A stretch of DNA of 53,764 bases from Candidatus Woesearchaeota archaeon. Lineage in GTDB: Archaea; Nanobdellota; Nanobdellia; Woesearchaeales; CAZJJJ01. Where the stretch lies: assembly GCA_046538795.1 (NCBI GenBank), contig JBKHIF010000001.1:1-53764 (forward strand). The letters run 5' to 3'. A program made the translations under genes and the position numbers. Of the stretch, positions 45,801 through 53,686 are shown one piece after another. Below the pieces are notes generated by a model. That model searched no databases. It was not told where the DNA came from and saw only the letters and a list, made by a program, of their open reading frames with translations. The first letter of the stretch is position 1; each line of letters begins with the position of its first letter.

Positions 45801-45992
45801 TTCATTTCTCAAAAAATAGGTGCTTAATCGCACAGGTTCATTGAATACGACCTGTATTATGGGATGAAAATCATCCATGCATCTGTAATTTTCTTCTTCG
45901 ACGCACAAAAGATAATCTGCAGAAACAGAACTTAAACTGCTTAAAAGAAATAAAACTACAAAAATCAACAATACCTCTTTTTTCATATTCAT
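39801..45992 (-). CDS. Giant (2063 aa) type-I membrane protein: Sec signal, Ig/FN3-like N-domains, 24 Cys-rich DCGG modules, TSP3-like motif, TM helix, ~385-aa low-complexity cytoplasmic tail
   Basis: Signal MNMKKEVLLIFVVLFLLSSLSSVSA. The repeat consensus is C-x-[DN]-x(3-5)-[DE]-[ET]-[ST]-D-[VI]-D-C-G-G-x-C-x2-C-x2-G-x2-C-x3-[SD]-D-C-x-[SNT]-x2-C. Then DSDRDNDGMTDRWEE, the TM WTWIIIILIILLLLGGGGYVVYW followed by KRYE, and a K/S/N/Q/D-rich tail. Confidence 0.85.
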   Translation of the reverse strand: MNMKKEVLLIFVVLFLLSSLSSVSADYLLCVEEENYRCMDDFHPIIQVVFNEPVRLSTYFLRNEDDQDVPLHLESKEDDNQTFYFRSDDPLIEFHRYWFRVTAIDDAGHVGGTTDNFYFMVDLGTTSITPIEPVSHFVQDMNFDIIVETNREAECRASGGEGSTTDFDDMSYTLNDASGENRFQIAFSRIAETPVKIVCRSEAEGIVSDSFPLVIDPIIDTDSPSMIEVDDTTIDPDYPETSPFPDKLHVKFSGQDATSGIYGFKYHVQDAAMGNARTIVVSESPYCESDDNDGSAECELDIEGLSLNNGITYDVRVLAIDFAGKESTVMSSDGVTVDSSVLDHCNDEIQNYGETDLDCGGTCREEGILCAEGRSCNEHTDCQSGYCDGGVCSDPPGHCIDGVIRARDGETGSLDGNIDCGGDCPGCPLGEGCISEDDCQYGLFCGEGICQSFEALCSDGEISSLSSESDVDCGGDCNLKCGHGQMCNSYSDCDSMPCIFGKCEDPGVFCHNGVIDGDETGTDCGGSCARCTEGAGCEEDSDCTSELYCNSNDVCAVPRCDDNRQNGDETDVDCGGSCGPCSPGKNCEYDSDCQGPIYICRSENNVCGEKDPECDDNILNGEESDIDCGGNCWKCTEGEQCREDSDCLSGLFCHPDNDGDEFGYCAEATCYDGFVNNKETDEDCGGENCKSYPHYLRCEGGDNCKVNTDCQSYLCSDGLCQETPATCSNDEKDGTESDVDCGGTTCGACANGKSCNSDSDCQSNICDSGLCVEDPCTNDVIDDGETDVDCGGICGPCEDGNYCEIDSDCISGECYNGRCHDEPVLAQCENGIFESGEADIDCGGDCPGCPEGKNCTSDSDCYTGLFCTNEVCSRPSCNDNRENGLETDIDCGGNCDQCGLNKRCNFDSDCSSGLHCDSSGTCQVIPATCSDGVKNNDETDVDCGGSCLACENQMECDSDSDCRSNFCNALGFCTSPTCSDEVQNGLETDVDCGGNTCKSYPHFQRCASGESCKVNTDCENYNCVDGISCAEEVPDTCSNEVIDGLETDVDCGGEECGACPDGLNCSVDSDCWSEICDPVTGNCIEESCSNGELNSGESDIDCGGPCKNCENGDDCNLDSDCMSGTCLDTGICGVLTIPPYCQNGDYNPDYGETDIDCGGECGRCDEGQNCSTGNDCKTGLYCDSDAGFCAKPTCSDGKRNGLETDVDCGGSCSGCGSGKNCNEDEDCQNGMICGSSDTCQVIPQTCSDGVKNQDESDVDCGGSCLKCQDGLNCTSDSDCANGFCNSTDMCATPSCDDGIQNGDETDVDCGGSCKSSPDFQRCDPGLSCLVNTDCHNYDCVDGTCRVELDESCSDGVKNNDETDVDCGGSCSPCSTGLNCSVDSDCVNNLCHDTLLKCLSDPCNDGIQNGDETDVDCGGNCGKCSSGDRCEDDSDCISGNCDPDENKCRAPLPTCDDGISNGFESDTDCGGPTCPGCDIGEDCLDSGDCISASCDPLGLTCIEMPDTCSDGVKNNDETDVDCGGSCEQCELDMDCTRDADCSSGLCDDSTNTCIALPETCTDEIKNNDESDIDCGGSCPACEVDSDCEEDSDCKTNNCMRDRCKRSDGSGYTNPEPEEDDPEDESGSSGRDSDRDNDGMTDRWEERNNLDPDDKPGSPWTWIIIILIILLLLGGGGYVVYWKRYEIMPYVDKWMTEFDQFLDDKGVRDFFRKANIEIPHYTPGSWLPKDPGRTGLDLDGNRMSDASQSMDAKSEVASQPQGAWGGFSDAMQNIGHGIGNALGLGKKDDLGLSNKTPGQNLLKNFRTKQSKKKRDDIFSSFSNDYGSNILDTSNDNSKDISKDDLKLSGSDKNSSAKTQGQKPFSGNASKNAMSSFDNNKSKVSDKSTEVKDKKPGSASETLKKNIQSIQIPAENMQKNMQKKDSENTQDTFLKQASQNNGFTDNSKNSQNKDRKDVFDMSGFDEDIKKEMEEEKKLQSKETDNPAEISSEDFTKMLKKDIAQKEQQTDKIKHVSEKDINGLFDDIGDMGTRPSASKADSSKKQISNKTQNRKKQSSQSSKGGRK
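41185..44960 (-). repeat. Array of 24 tandem ~43-codon Cys-rich modules with a 6-module super-repeat
   Basis: 24 occurrences of D-x-D-C-G-G counted in the translation. The variant module CGG..CKS(Y/S)P(H/D)(Y/F)(L/Q)RC...C(K/L)VNTDC.(S/N)Y.C recurs as modules 7, 13 and 19. DNA segments of 45-50 nt are near-identical at 41425, 41890 and 43159. Confidence 0.9.
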
Positions 45993-46045
45993 CTTTGATC
46001 TTGTTATAATGAATGCCTAAAAAAGCAAAATTAAAATTAAGACAA

Positions 46046-49000
46046 TTATCTGTTTAGGAAGTACTGGCTTCTCAAAAGATAAATCTCTGGCACAGGAGGT
46101 TCAAAGTCGATATAATCAATAGCAAACTCTATATCTTCTGAAGCACCACCTATTCCTGATGCATCGCAGTCCACTCTGAATGTATAATTTTGCTGCATAT
46201 CAAGACCTGATGCAATATCTTCAGGAATATCTCCTGAATCAGAATCAAGACCTGAAAGAAGAGCAGAATGTCTGAAATAACCACCCATATCCTCTGATTC
46301 AAGTTCTGAATGTTCTGCAAATACGTTATTTATGAAATCAAAGATAAACGCAAAAATACCATCAGATTCCTTGATATATGTTGCTGTGCATTCTGCTTTT
46401 CTGTATGTGTTTACACTAAGCTCTGGATTAAGAGTCCTGATAGTTCCTGTTGGTTCAGGATCAAATATTATAACATCATGATCAAGATCAATCTCGATAT
46501 CGAATCTTCCTGACCTTGATTCCTGCATTGCTTTATCCTTGCATCTTATATAAACAGGAGTTGAAGCTCCTTCTTCCATGTGTATAGCTATCCTTGGATG
46601 AAGAAGATACATATCATGATCATCTGAAAAATATCTCATCTCATCATACGATGCATCATTATAATCCCACTTGCATTTTACAAATTCATCTGCATTGACA
46701 GTGATCATGGCAACAGGATGTTTTACGATAAGATAGCTTCCATCTTCCTCAAGATGACCTTCCACATCTATTGATCTTATCTCAGGATCACGTGAATCAA
46801 CCTTGATCTCTTCTGTAATTTTTGCTACATTTCTTGCCTTATCCCTGCAAATAACTCTTATTATAGCTGTTCCAGATGCATCTGTATATATGCTGTTTTC
46901 AATATCAAGCTTGTGCTCTTTCCTGAAGTAAGGATTGTCCCCATTATTGAACAATTCAGAGACAAGATTGCCATCAGAATCAAAGTATTCGGCAGAACAA
47001 TGAGCATCCTCATCTGTATCTATCCTTATAGGCTCGGTTGTATCTTCAACATCAAGAGGATGAAGAGTTATCTCAGGAGCAGCATCATCACGCACTATCT
47101 TTACATATCTTGGACTTGCTGAATCCACATAAAGATAATAATGGTTTTCTCCATAGTCAAGACCTGTTATTGTTCTTGTTCCTGAACCGCTTCCTATGTT
47201 AAGAGAAATTTCCTCTTGTACATCATATAACCTTACCCGCTGTGATTCTGAAGACGAAAATCTAAGTTCAACAAAAGAATCTTTTGTATAATATTCATCT
47301 GAACCCGATGGAACCTCTATTGCTCCATCAATCGTTGTTATCTCAGCATCAGGATTTCCAAAAGAAACCTCAAAAGGCAAGTTATACGTTGATGAAGGAT
47401 TTCCTGAATTATCAATTGCAATCACATTAAGAACATAGCTGCCTGAACTAAGACTTCCTAAGATAATCTTGTTCTGATCTAAGATGACGCCTTCAGAATC
47501 TACCATCACATCAGGATCTTCTTCTGATGAACTTACAGAATAGCTATATCCTTTAAGACCGCTTCCTTCTTCTTCAACACTAACATCGAATATCAACAGG
47601 TTATTTGGATTTCTTGAAATCGAATTGATAACAGGAGCAGTATTATCATAATAGAATTCTTGTGGATCTGCTGGCCGGGTGACGATTTTTGTTGTATCAT
47701 CTTCATCAAAACATCTCACCCAATAACCAAAGAGCCCTTCATCTCTATCTGATATTTCAATCCTGTGCGTAAGTCCTGTGGACAAGTCTTCATCATAATC
47801 TTCATAACTGTTTCCACGAACTCCTTTTCTGAAAAGAGCATATTCGCATCCATAATAATTATTAGTCTTTGCTTCCAGAGTAAAAGAATCTCCATTCACA
47901 TATCCGCTTGGACTTATATTTAGTATGTCAAGCCTGCTTTTTCCATTCACCCTGAATACAAGATTATCTGCATAAGCTTTGTTTCCTGCCCTGTCCTGAC
48001 AAGCTATGTCAATATAATAGTCTCCTGCAGGAGCAGGAATTCCCCTGAAATCAAAAGATCTTTCCTGATTCCTCTGGAAATCACTGTTTCCAAAGAAATC
48101 ATCCTCAAAAGGACAAACTGAATTAGGGCTTCTGCATTCAAATCTACATACAATATCATCTGGATCAAGGCTTGCATCAGATACAGTTATTCTTGGATTT
48201 ATCTCTGTCTCATCCCCTGAGAACACATCAAGGAAATATTCCTGTATGCCTGGCTGGGTTTCCACATTAAGTTCTCCGGAACTGCTTTTAAGAAGAAGCT
48301 TGGGAATCTTTGTATCTATTATGAAATCAAACGCTTCCATATATTCCTGGCCTGTTGCAACACCGACACATTTTACACTAAATCCATAATCACCATCTAT
48401 AAAGTATTCTTCAAGAAGATATTCATGGATTCGTCCATTCTCGCTTGCAATCATAGGCTCAAAATCACTGTCAACTGAATTGTTTCCATCATCATCCATG
48501 TCAAGACGAAAATAACATTCAGAATTATCTGTTGTCCTGAAAGTATGCAGCGAATTCCTGTTTTGGTTTGTATATCTTGAAGAGATCTGTTCAATATTCA
48601 CAGGTTCATCAGGATTTGGAACAATATTAAAATCAAAGCGCTCTCTTGCATTAAAACCAAATTTGTCTTTTGCTGAAACAACAAGGGAATAATTTCCGAC
48701 CCTGTAATCATAAAGACCTGAATCATCCATGTTTGGAACAATCTCATCTGAAAAATCAAGATCAGTTAAAGGATCTTCCGGATTGGCAAAAGAGTATATT
48801 ATGTGAGGGTCCATTGAGATGCATGGTCCTGAATTGCACTCTATCCTTATATCAACAGATTGAAGTTCATGAGACCAGTTCACATCAGAAATACGTACTG
48901 ACACTGAAAAAGGATCCTTATAATATATCTCTGAACCGGTTATGCTGCCAGTATCTTCTATAAGAGGAGGAGCATCATCATAATGTATGTTTATTATGGT

Positions 49001-52000
49001 TTCATTGATGTTTCCCACACCATCCTCTGCATATATTCTAAGGGCATATCTTGTATCGTCCATCCCCAATGTTTCAAGGTTCCAGTTTCTGGAAAAAGGA
49101 TAGATGCCTCCGCTCAGACTTTCAATAGGGAAATTAGTCCTCATCCTGTTTTGTTTATTCCATATTTCTGCATATAATGAAACAAGACTATTGCTTTCAA
49201 CAACATTTCCTGAAAGCTGAATAATATTAGATGTAGTAATAAAATCATATTCATTTTCATTTTCAGTTGAAATAAGAGAAGATTCTTCAGGAAGATCCAT
49301 ATTGATTACAGGAGCAGAAAGATCAGCCACTATATCTATGCATTTTACTTCTTCAAAATTTCCACCATTATCAATTCCATGGAAACAGACTTTTCTAACA
49401 GTATCTATCAAAAGCCCTTCAGCAGGAAGATCATAAGCATTAAGATTAGGATCGCAGGAATCATCGCCTATGTTTGTTACGCAGTATCTGACATCATCAT
49501 CTTCACATCCAAATACATAAGAAGGATTTCCCTCTATAGGAGAATCGTCACAACCAAAAGTAACTAAAGCCCCGCTGTTTATATTCATATGGCCGCTTTC
49601 TTCAAAAATTAGTTCTTCCTGACCCTCGACATTTACAATAGCTCTTGAAACAGGCGGTAAGAAATCTGTAGAAAATCTTGCTTCCTTTACCATCTCTTCG
49701 CCTGTAAGCTCATCTACACATCTTGCATAGAATTCTCCATCAAGATAAAGCTTGTTTCTTTGAAGCTCTGGCCAACCCGAAGGAAAATCAAGATAAAAGT
49801 GTTTATTAGCCTCAAAATGATCTTCTGAGTAATTCGGATCAAGCAGGAACTGGACATATCGTTCATTTGCCGGATCGCGCGCATCATAGAAACTGCATTC
49901 TGCATTTTCTTCTGTTGTAATGAAAAACTGCGGAGTAAGCGTACCTACAGTTCCTGGAGGAAGAGAAGGCATAGTGAAATTTATGCTCATGTATGCATCA
50001 ACAACAATATTGTGATCCCTATTTGAAGTATCATAATAATCATTGAAATTTCTAAATTGATCATAACAAAACATCTTCAAGTGATAAGGTCCATCAGGCA
50101 GTTTTGTAAATTGCAGCTGAAATTCTCTTTTTTCAGATTCATATTGATTTTCAGGCGCATATAGATAATCATCTCCCAGATTAGGAGGATCTGTTTCAGG
50201 TGTTCCGGGAGGCATATATCTTCCTTCATGTCTTAAGTAGAATTCACATGTGGAAGTCTCATTCATTATGATGTCCAGAGTAAGATCAGAAAGAATCTCA
50301 TCTTCTGTGCTACTTGCATTTTCATGAACTTCATAACTCAAAAATTCAATTCCTGGCGGAGTATCATCAAGATAAATTTCCATTGATTCAAGCTTTGCAA
50401 AATTCAGATGTTCATCAGCTGCGATATATCTTAGATAATAAAAACCCTCATGACGATATACTCTATTATTTCCATTATATCTTGCACCCGGCGTAAAAGT
50501 AACTTTCCTTAAATTTTCTCCTCCGATGATTATATCTGTTGAAAAAGAAGGTGAACAAGTATTTGTCCTATCTATGCAATACATAAATCCAGCCATATCT
50601 CCAAAATTATTTGCCAATGGCTCTGATGCATAAAATTCAAAATCAACAGATCTCCTGTTGCCATCTTCTCCATAAATATAAAAACCGGTTTCAATCCCTA
50701 CGCCCCTTAATGTTACTGGAACAGTATCGTTTTGACAATTGATTCCATTTGCTCCGGCTTCAGAACAATCAGGTTCATCATTATCATTACCATCTTTGAT
50801 GCAATATCCGCCATTCCTGTGAGTTTCATCTGAAATCCACTTGCAAAAATTCTTTGAGCAAGGATCCGCACTGTAGGTTGCAACATCACCCAAAGCAGTA
50901 TAGCTTCCTGACTTTATATCTGCAATTGAGGAAGACAATGAAAATTCCTGACCTCCTGTGCAAGAGTATTCTGTTGTATAATCTGAACACGCATCATTTT
51001 CCTTGCAGGAAATGCAGCTGTCTCCATCAGAATAGCAGTAACCTATGAATTCGCAAAGTTCTGGAGTACAGCCCATATTTGAATTAAAAGGCGAGTTTTC
51101 CTTTGAACAAAGATTGCAGTTGCTGTCATCTTCAGGATCTGCCCTTTCATATTCTACACAGAAACCTTCTCCAAAACTCGAAAACCCTAATCCTATTGCA
51201 GGTATTTTTGAAAAATCAAGAGTTCCTGACGTTGTCTCAGAATCACGACCGTCGCCTGCAATCCAAACACAAGGAGACCCGCCGCCTACCATGCAATTGT
51301 CTATTTCACATGCTCCTTTTGTAGTGTAATCAGAACATCTATCATATTGCATGCAAGAAACACATCTATCAACAACAATTCCTTTTTCCATTGTGCAATA
51401 ATTATAATACCTGTTTCCATCGACATTTGATGCCTCGCCTGTAAGGAGATTTCCATAACAGTCTTCAGAGCTATAATAAAGTCCAAAAGGATCTGCCTCA
51501 AGAGTATCTATGTCGCATGCGCTCTGTTGTCTGCAGAAAGTATTTCCAAATTCATTGGGTCCTGAACAGACAAATCTTGGACCATAATCAGAACAATCCC
51601 AAAATGCCCTTCCTTCAGAATTATCTGTTTTTCCATATTCTTTAAAATTATTTTCGTTGCATTGATATCTATATATTGGAACAGCTGATGAGCCCATGCC
51701 GAAAAATTCCTCTGAACTGCAAAATTCTTGATTGCCATTTGAGAAGCTTTTGTCTTTGCATATGGCATCGCCTGTCCTGAATGTGACATTCGGAAACATT
51801 TCATGATCAAACTCAGCATAGATAGAACCTATAGATGTAAGTCCCTGAGAAGGTTGAGGCCTTCTTCCGTTTGCATAAAGAGGAACAACAGTATAATCAT
51901 ATTCCTGATCCCATTCATCAGATTGAGGATCTACAAAAGAATAAGTATTTGCAGGCACAGAACCAATTTTCCTGTATTCATCATCTCCATTAAGATCTCT

Positions 52001-53638
52001 TCTGAAAATATCAAAAGAGATAAGCTCATCGCACATCATAGGCTTCCATGAGAGCATTAGTTCAGGCTTGCCCTGTTGAGCTGCCCTTGCGCTTAGAAGT
52101 TCAACAACTGCCATTTCTTCAAGGCCGGTATTTTCATCGACAGAATCAAGCACGCATTCTGAGATGACTGGCGGCATGTATATATCTCCAAGATCAATAT
52201 CAAATGTATGGTCATTGATCCTGAAAAAAATTTCTGAACCATAATTTCCTTCCAGAGGATTTTCAATTACAACATAATCTCCTGAATCAACATCATTATA
52301 GACAAAATCAACCTCATCAGAACCTACAAGTGTTTGTACGTTTGATCCTGCATAATTATCATAAGGGACTACAGGAACAGAACCATGTCCAGAACTCATC
52401 ACAAATATATAATAATCCAAAACCCCATAATCTCCTGAATTAGATATAGGGAATGCTCTTTCGAAAACACCATTTGAATCTGTATTATATGCTTTTGATC
52501 TCCCTGTCTCGCTGTCTTTTACAACGACTATAGCCCCTTGTATAGGCTCAAGGGTTATATTGTCATAGACAGTTAGCCTGATGTTCCTTGTCTCAAGAGG
52601 TGTACAAGGAAGGACACTAAAATAATCATTGTCAAGTCCTCCATCGCAACAGTATCCATCCTGATTTGTATATTTTATTTCGCTTCCGCACATGCAGTAC
52701 TCTTCACCGCTGTTTGATCTTAAGGTGCCGTCAGGATTGCAGTAGACAGGTTCATCACAAACTGAATCGCATCCCACCATATTCTGAAAACGCCTGCAAT
52801 CATTATCTTCATTGATAACATTTCCCGGACAAAAATCCTCTGCAATACAACAGTCAACAGCTTCGGTAAGACATGCTGTAGCAGTATCTGAACCGCTGCA
52901 ATATATGCCTGTTCCATCAGCACCGCACCTTGCACTATTTCCGATGATCCTTTCATCATTCTCATTCTGGCAGCCCAAAGCGCAGCAGACATAATTTCCA
53001 TCATTTTTTTGAAGTTCAAGCTCAAAAATCCCTGTATTTATTATTGCTTCAGAAGAATCATCAGTATCAGGTATAGTAAATGTTAAACTTACAGGAATCC
53101 TATCTGGAGCAGTTATGGTAGCTTCATATATACCCGAAGGAATTTCAGTTATCTCAAAAAAACCTTCGCTGTTTGTGGTTCCTTCAATTCTTGAATTATC
53201 ATTCTGGCCAGCAGGTATAACAACATCTGCTCCCTGGATTGCACTATTGGGAACCTCTTCTGTATAGACAGATCCTCTTATTGTACCTATGCCCAAAGAT
53301 GCTTCTGTTTCCTGTAAAAGGTTTATGGTTTGTTCTGTTGGTCCTGAAACTGAAACCGTAATGCTCTTATCCTGGTAGCCTGGTCTTGATACAGAAATTG
53401 TGTATGTTCCTGAACCTATATCTCCGTCAGAATCATCTCCTATGAAATAATAGCCTGATCCTGAAGATGAAGTCACAGTCTTTGAACCTATGCATTCACT
53501 ACATCCAGAAGGAGGGGTGACTGTTATCTGAGCATTTCCTAAAGGAGTTGCGCTTGATGAATCCCTTATGTATCCATAGAGTACAGATTTTTCTTCGCAG
53601 ATTGATTCGCACTCTGAAAAATCGTCTATCTGGCTCAT
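46046..53638 (-). CDS. Giant (at least 2530 aa) adhesin-like surface protein; N-terminus probably incomplete
   Basis: Three CarboxypepD_reg-like beta-sandwich segments (e.g. GYIRDSSSATPLGNAQITV...YTISVSRPGYQ). An FN3-like segment and Cys-rich regions. At least 8 Ig-like modules opening with D-x-x-[AP]-P-x-I (DDTPPGIEF, DLSAPVINM, DDAPPLIED, DNTAPVINS, DDAAPEITL, DSRDPEIRS ...). No signal peptide follows the annotated Met. Confidence 0.8.
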   Translation of the reverse strand: MSQIDDFSECESICEEKSVLYGYIRDSSSATPLGNAQITVTPPSGCSECIGSKTVTSSSGSGYYFIGDDSDGDIGSGTYTISVSRPGYQDKSITVSVSGPTEQTINLLQETEASLGIGTIRGSVYTEEVPNSAIQGADVVIPAGQNDNSRIEGTTNSEGFFEITEIPSGIYEATITAPDRIPVSLTFTIPDTDDSSEAIINTGIFELELQKNDGNYVCCALGCQNENDERIIGNSARCGADGTGIYCSGSDTATACLTEAVDCCIAEDFCPGNVINEDNDCRRFQNMVGCDSVCDEPVYCNPDGTLRSNSGEEYCMCGSEIKYTNQDGYCCDGGLDNDYFSVLPCTPLETRNIRLTVYDNITLEPIQGAIVVVKDSETGRSKAYNTDSNGVFERAFPISNSGDYGVLDYYIFVMSSGHGSVPVVPYDNYAGSNVQTLVGSDEVDFVYNDVDSGDYVVIENPLEGNYGSEIFFRINDHTFDIDLGDIYMPPVISECVLDSVDENTGLEEMAVVELLSARAAQQGKPELMLSWKPMMCDELISFDIFRRDLNGDDEYRKIGSVPANTYSFVDPQSDEWDQEYDYTVVPLYANGRRPQPSQGLTSIGSIYAEFDHEMFPNVTFRTGDAICKDKSFSNGNQEFCSSEEFFGMGSSAVPIYRYQCNENNFKEYGKTDNSEGRAFWDCSDYGPRFVCSGPNEFGNTFCRQQSACDIDTLEADPFGLYYSSEDCYGNLLTGEASNVDGNRYYNYCTMEKGIVVDRCVSCMQYDRCSDYTTKGACEIDNCMVGGGSPCVWIAGDGRDSETTSGTLDFSKIPAIGLGFSSFGEGFCVEYERADPEDDSNCNLCSKENSPFNSNMGCTPELCEFIGYCYSDGDSCISCKENDACSDYTTEYSCTGGQEFSLSSSIADIKSGSYTALGDVATYSADPCSKNFCKWISDETHRNGGYCIKDGNDNDEPDCSEAGANGINCQNDTVPVTLRGVGIETGFYIYGEDGNRRSVDFEFYASEPLANNFGDMAGFMYCIDRTNTCSPSFSTDIIIGGENLRKVTFTPGARYNGNNRVYRHEGFYYLRYIAADEHLNFAKLESMEIYLDDTPPGIEFLSYEVHENASSTEDEILSDLTLDIIMNETSTCEFYLRHEGRYMPPGTPETDPPNLGDDYLYAPENQYESEKREFQLQFTKLPDGPYHLKMFCYDQFRNFNDYYDTSNRDHNIVVDAYMSINFTMPSLPPGTVGTLTPQFFITTEENAECSFYDARDPANERYVQFLLDPNYSEDHFEANKHFYLDFPSGWPELQRNKLYLDGEFYARCVDELTGEEMVKEARFSTDFLPPVSRAIVNVEGQEELIFEESGHMNINSGALVTFGCDDSPIEGNPSYVFGCEDDDVRYCVTNIGDDSCDPNLNAYDLPAEGLLIDTVRKVCFHGIDNGGNFEEVKCIDIVADLSAPVINMDLPEESSLISTENENEYDFITTSNIIQLSGNVVESNSLVSLYAEIWNKQNRMRTNFPIESLSGGIYPFSRNWNLETLGMDDTRYALRIYAEDGVGNINETIINIHYDDAPPLIEDTGSITGSEIYYKDPFSVSVRISDVNWSHELQSVDIRIECNSGPCISMDPHIIYSFANPEDPLTDLDFSDEIVPNMDDSGLYDYRVGNYSLVVSAKDKFGFNARERFDFNIVPNPDEPVNIEQISSRYTNQNRNSLHTFRTTDNSECYFRLDMDDDGNNSVDSDFEPMIASENGRIHEYLLEEYFIDGDYGFSVKCVGVATGQEYMEAFDFIIDTKIPKLLLKSSSGELNVETQPGIQEYFLDVFSGDETEINPRITVSDASLDPDDIVCRFECRSPNSVCPFEDDFFGNSDFQRNQERSFDFRGIPAPAGDYYIDIACQDRAGNKAYADNLVFRVNGKSRLDILNISPSGYVNGDSFTLEAKTNNYYGCEYALFRKGVRGNSYEDYDEDLSTGLTHRIEISDRDEGLFGYWVRCFDEDDTTKIVTRPADPQEFYYDNTAPVINSISRNPNNLLIFDVSVEEEGSGLKGYSYSVSSSEEDPDVMVDSEGVILDQNKIILGSLSSGSYVLNVIAIDNSGNPSSTYNLPFEVSFGNPDAEITTIDGAIEVPSGSDEYYTKDSFVELRFSSSESQRVRLYDVQEEISLNIGSGSGTRTITGLDYGENHYYLYVDSASPRYVKIVRDDAAPEITLHPLDVEDTTEPIRIDTDEDAHCSAEYFDSDGNLVSELFNNGDNPYFRKEHKLDIENSIYTDASGTAIIRVICRDKARNVAKITEEIKVDSRDPEIRSIDVEGHLEEDGSYLIVKHPVAMITVNADEFVKCKWDYNDASYDEMRYFSDDHDMYLLHPRIAIHMEEGASTPVYIRCKDKAMQESRSGRFDIEIDLDHDVIIFDPEPTGTIRTLNPELSVNTYRKAECTATYIKESDGIFAFIFDFINNVFAEHSELESEDMGGYFRHSALLSGLDSDSGDIPEDIASGLDMQQNYTFRVDCDASGIGGASEDIEFAIDYIDFEPPVPEIYLLRSQYFLNR

Positions 53639-53686
53639 GAACGTATTTTGAGAATATTCATTGCAAGTTGCTTCTGAAGAAAGCTG

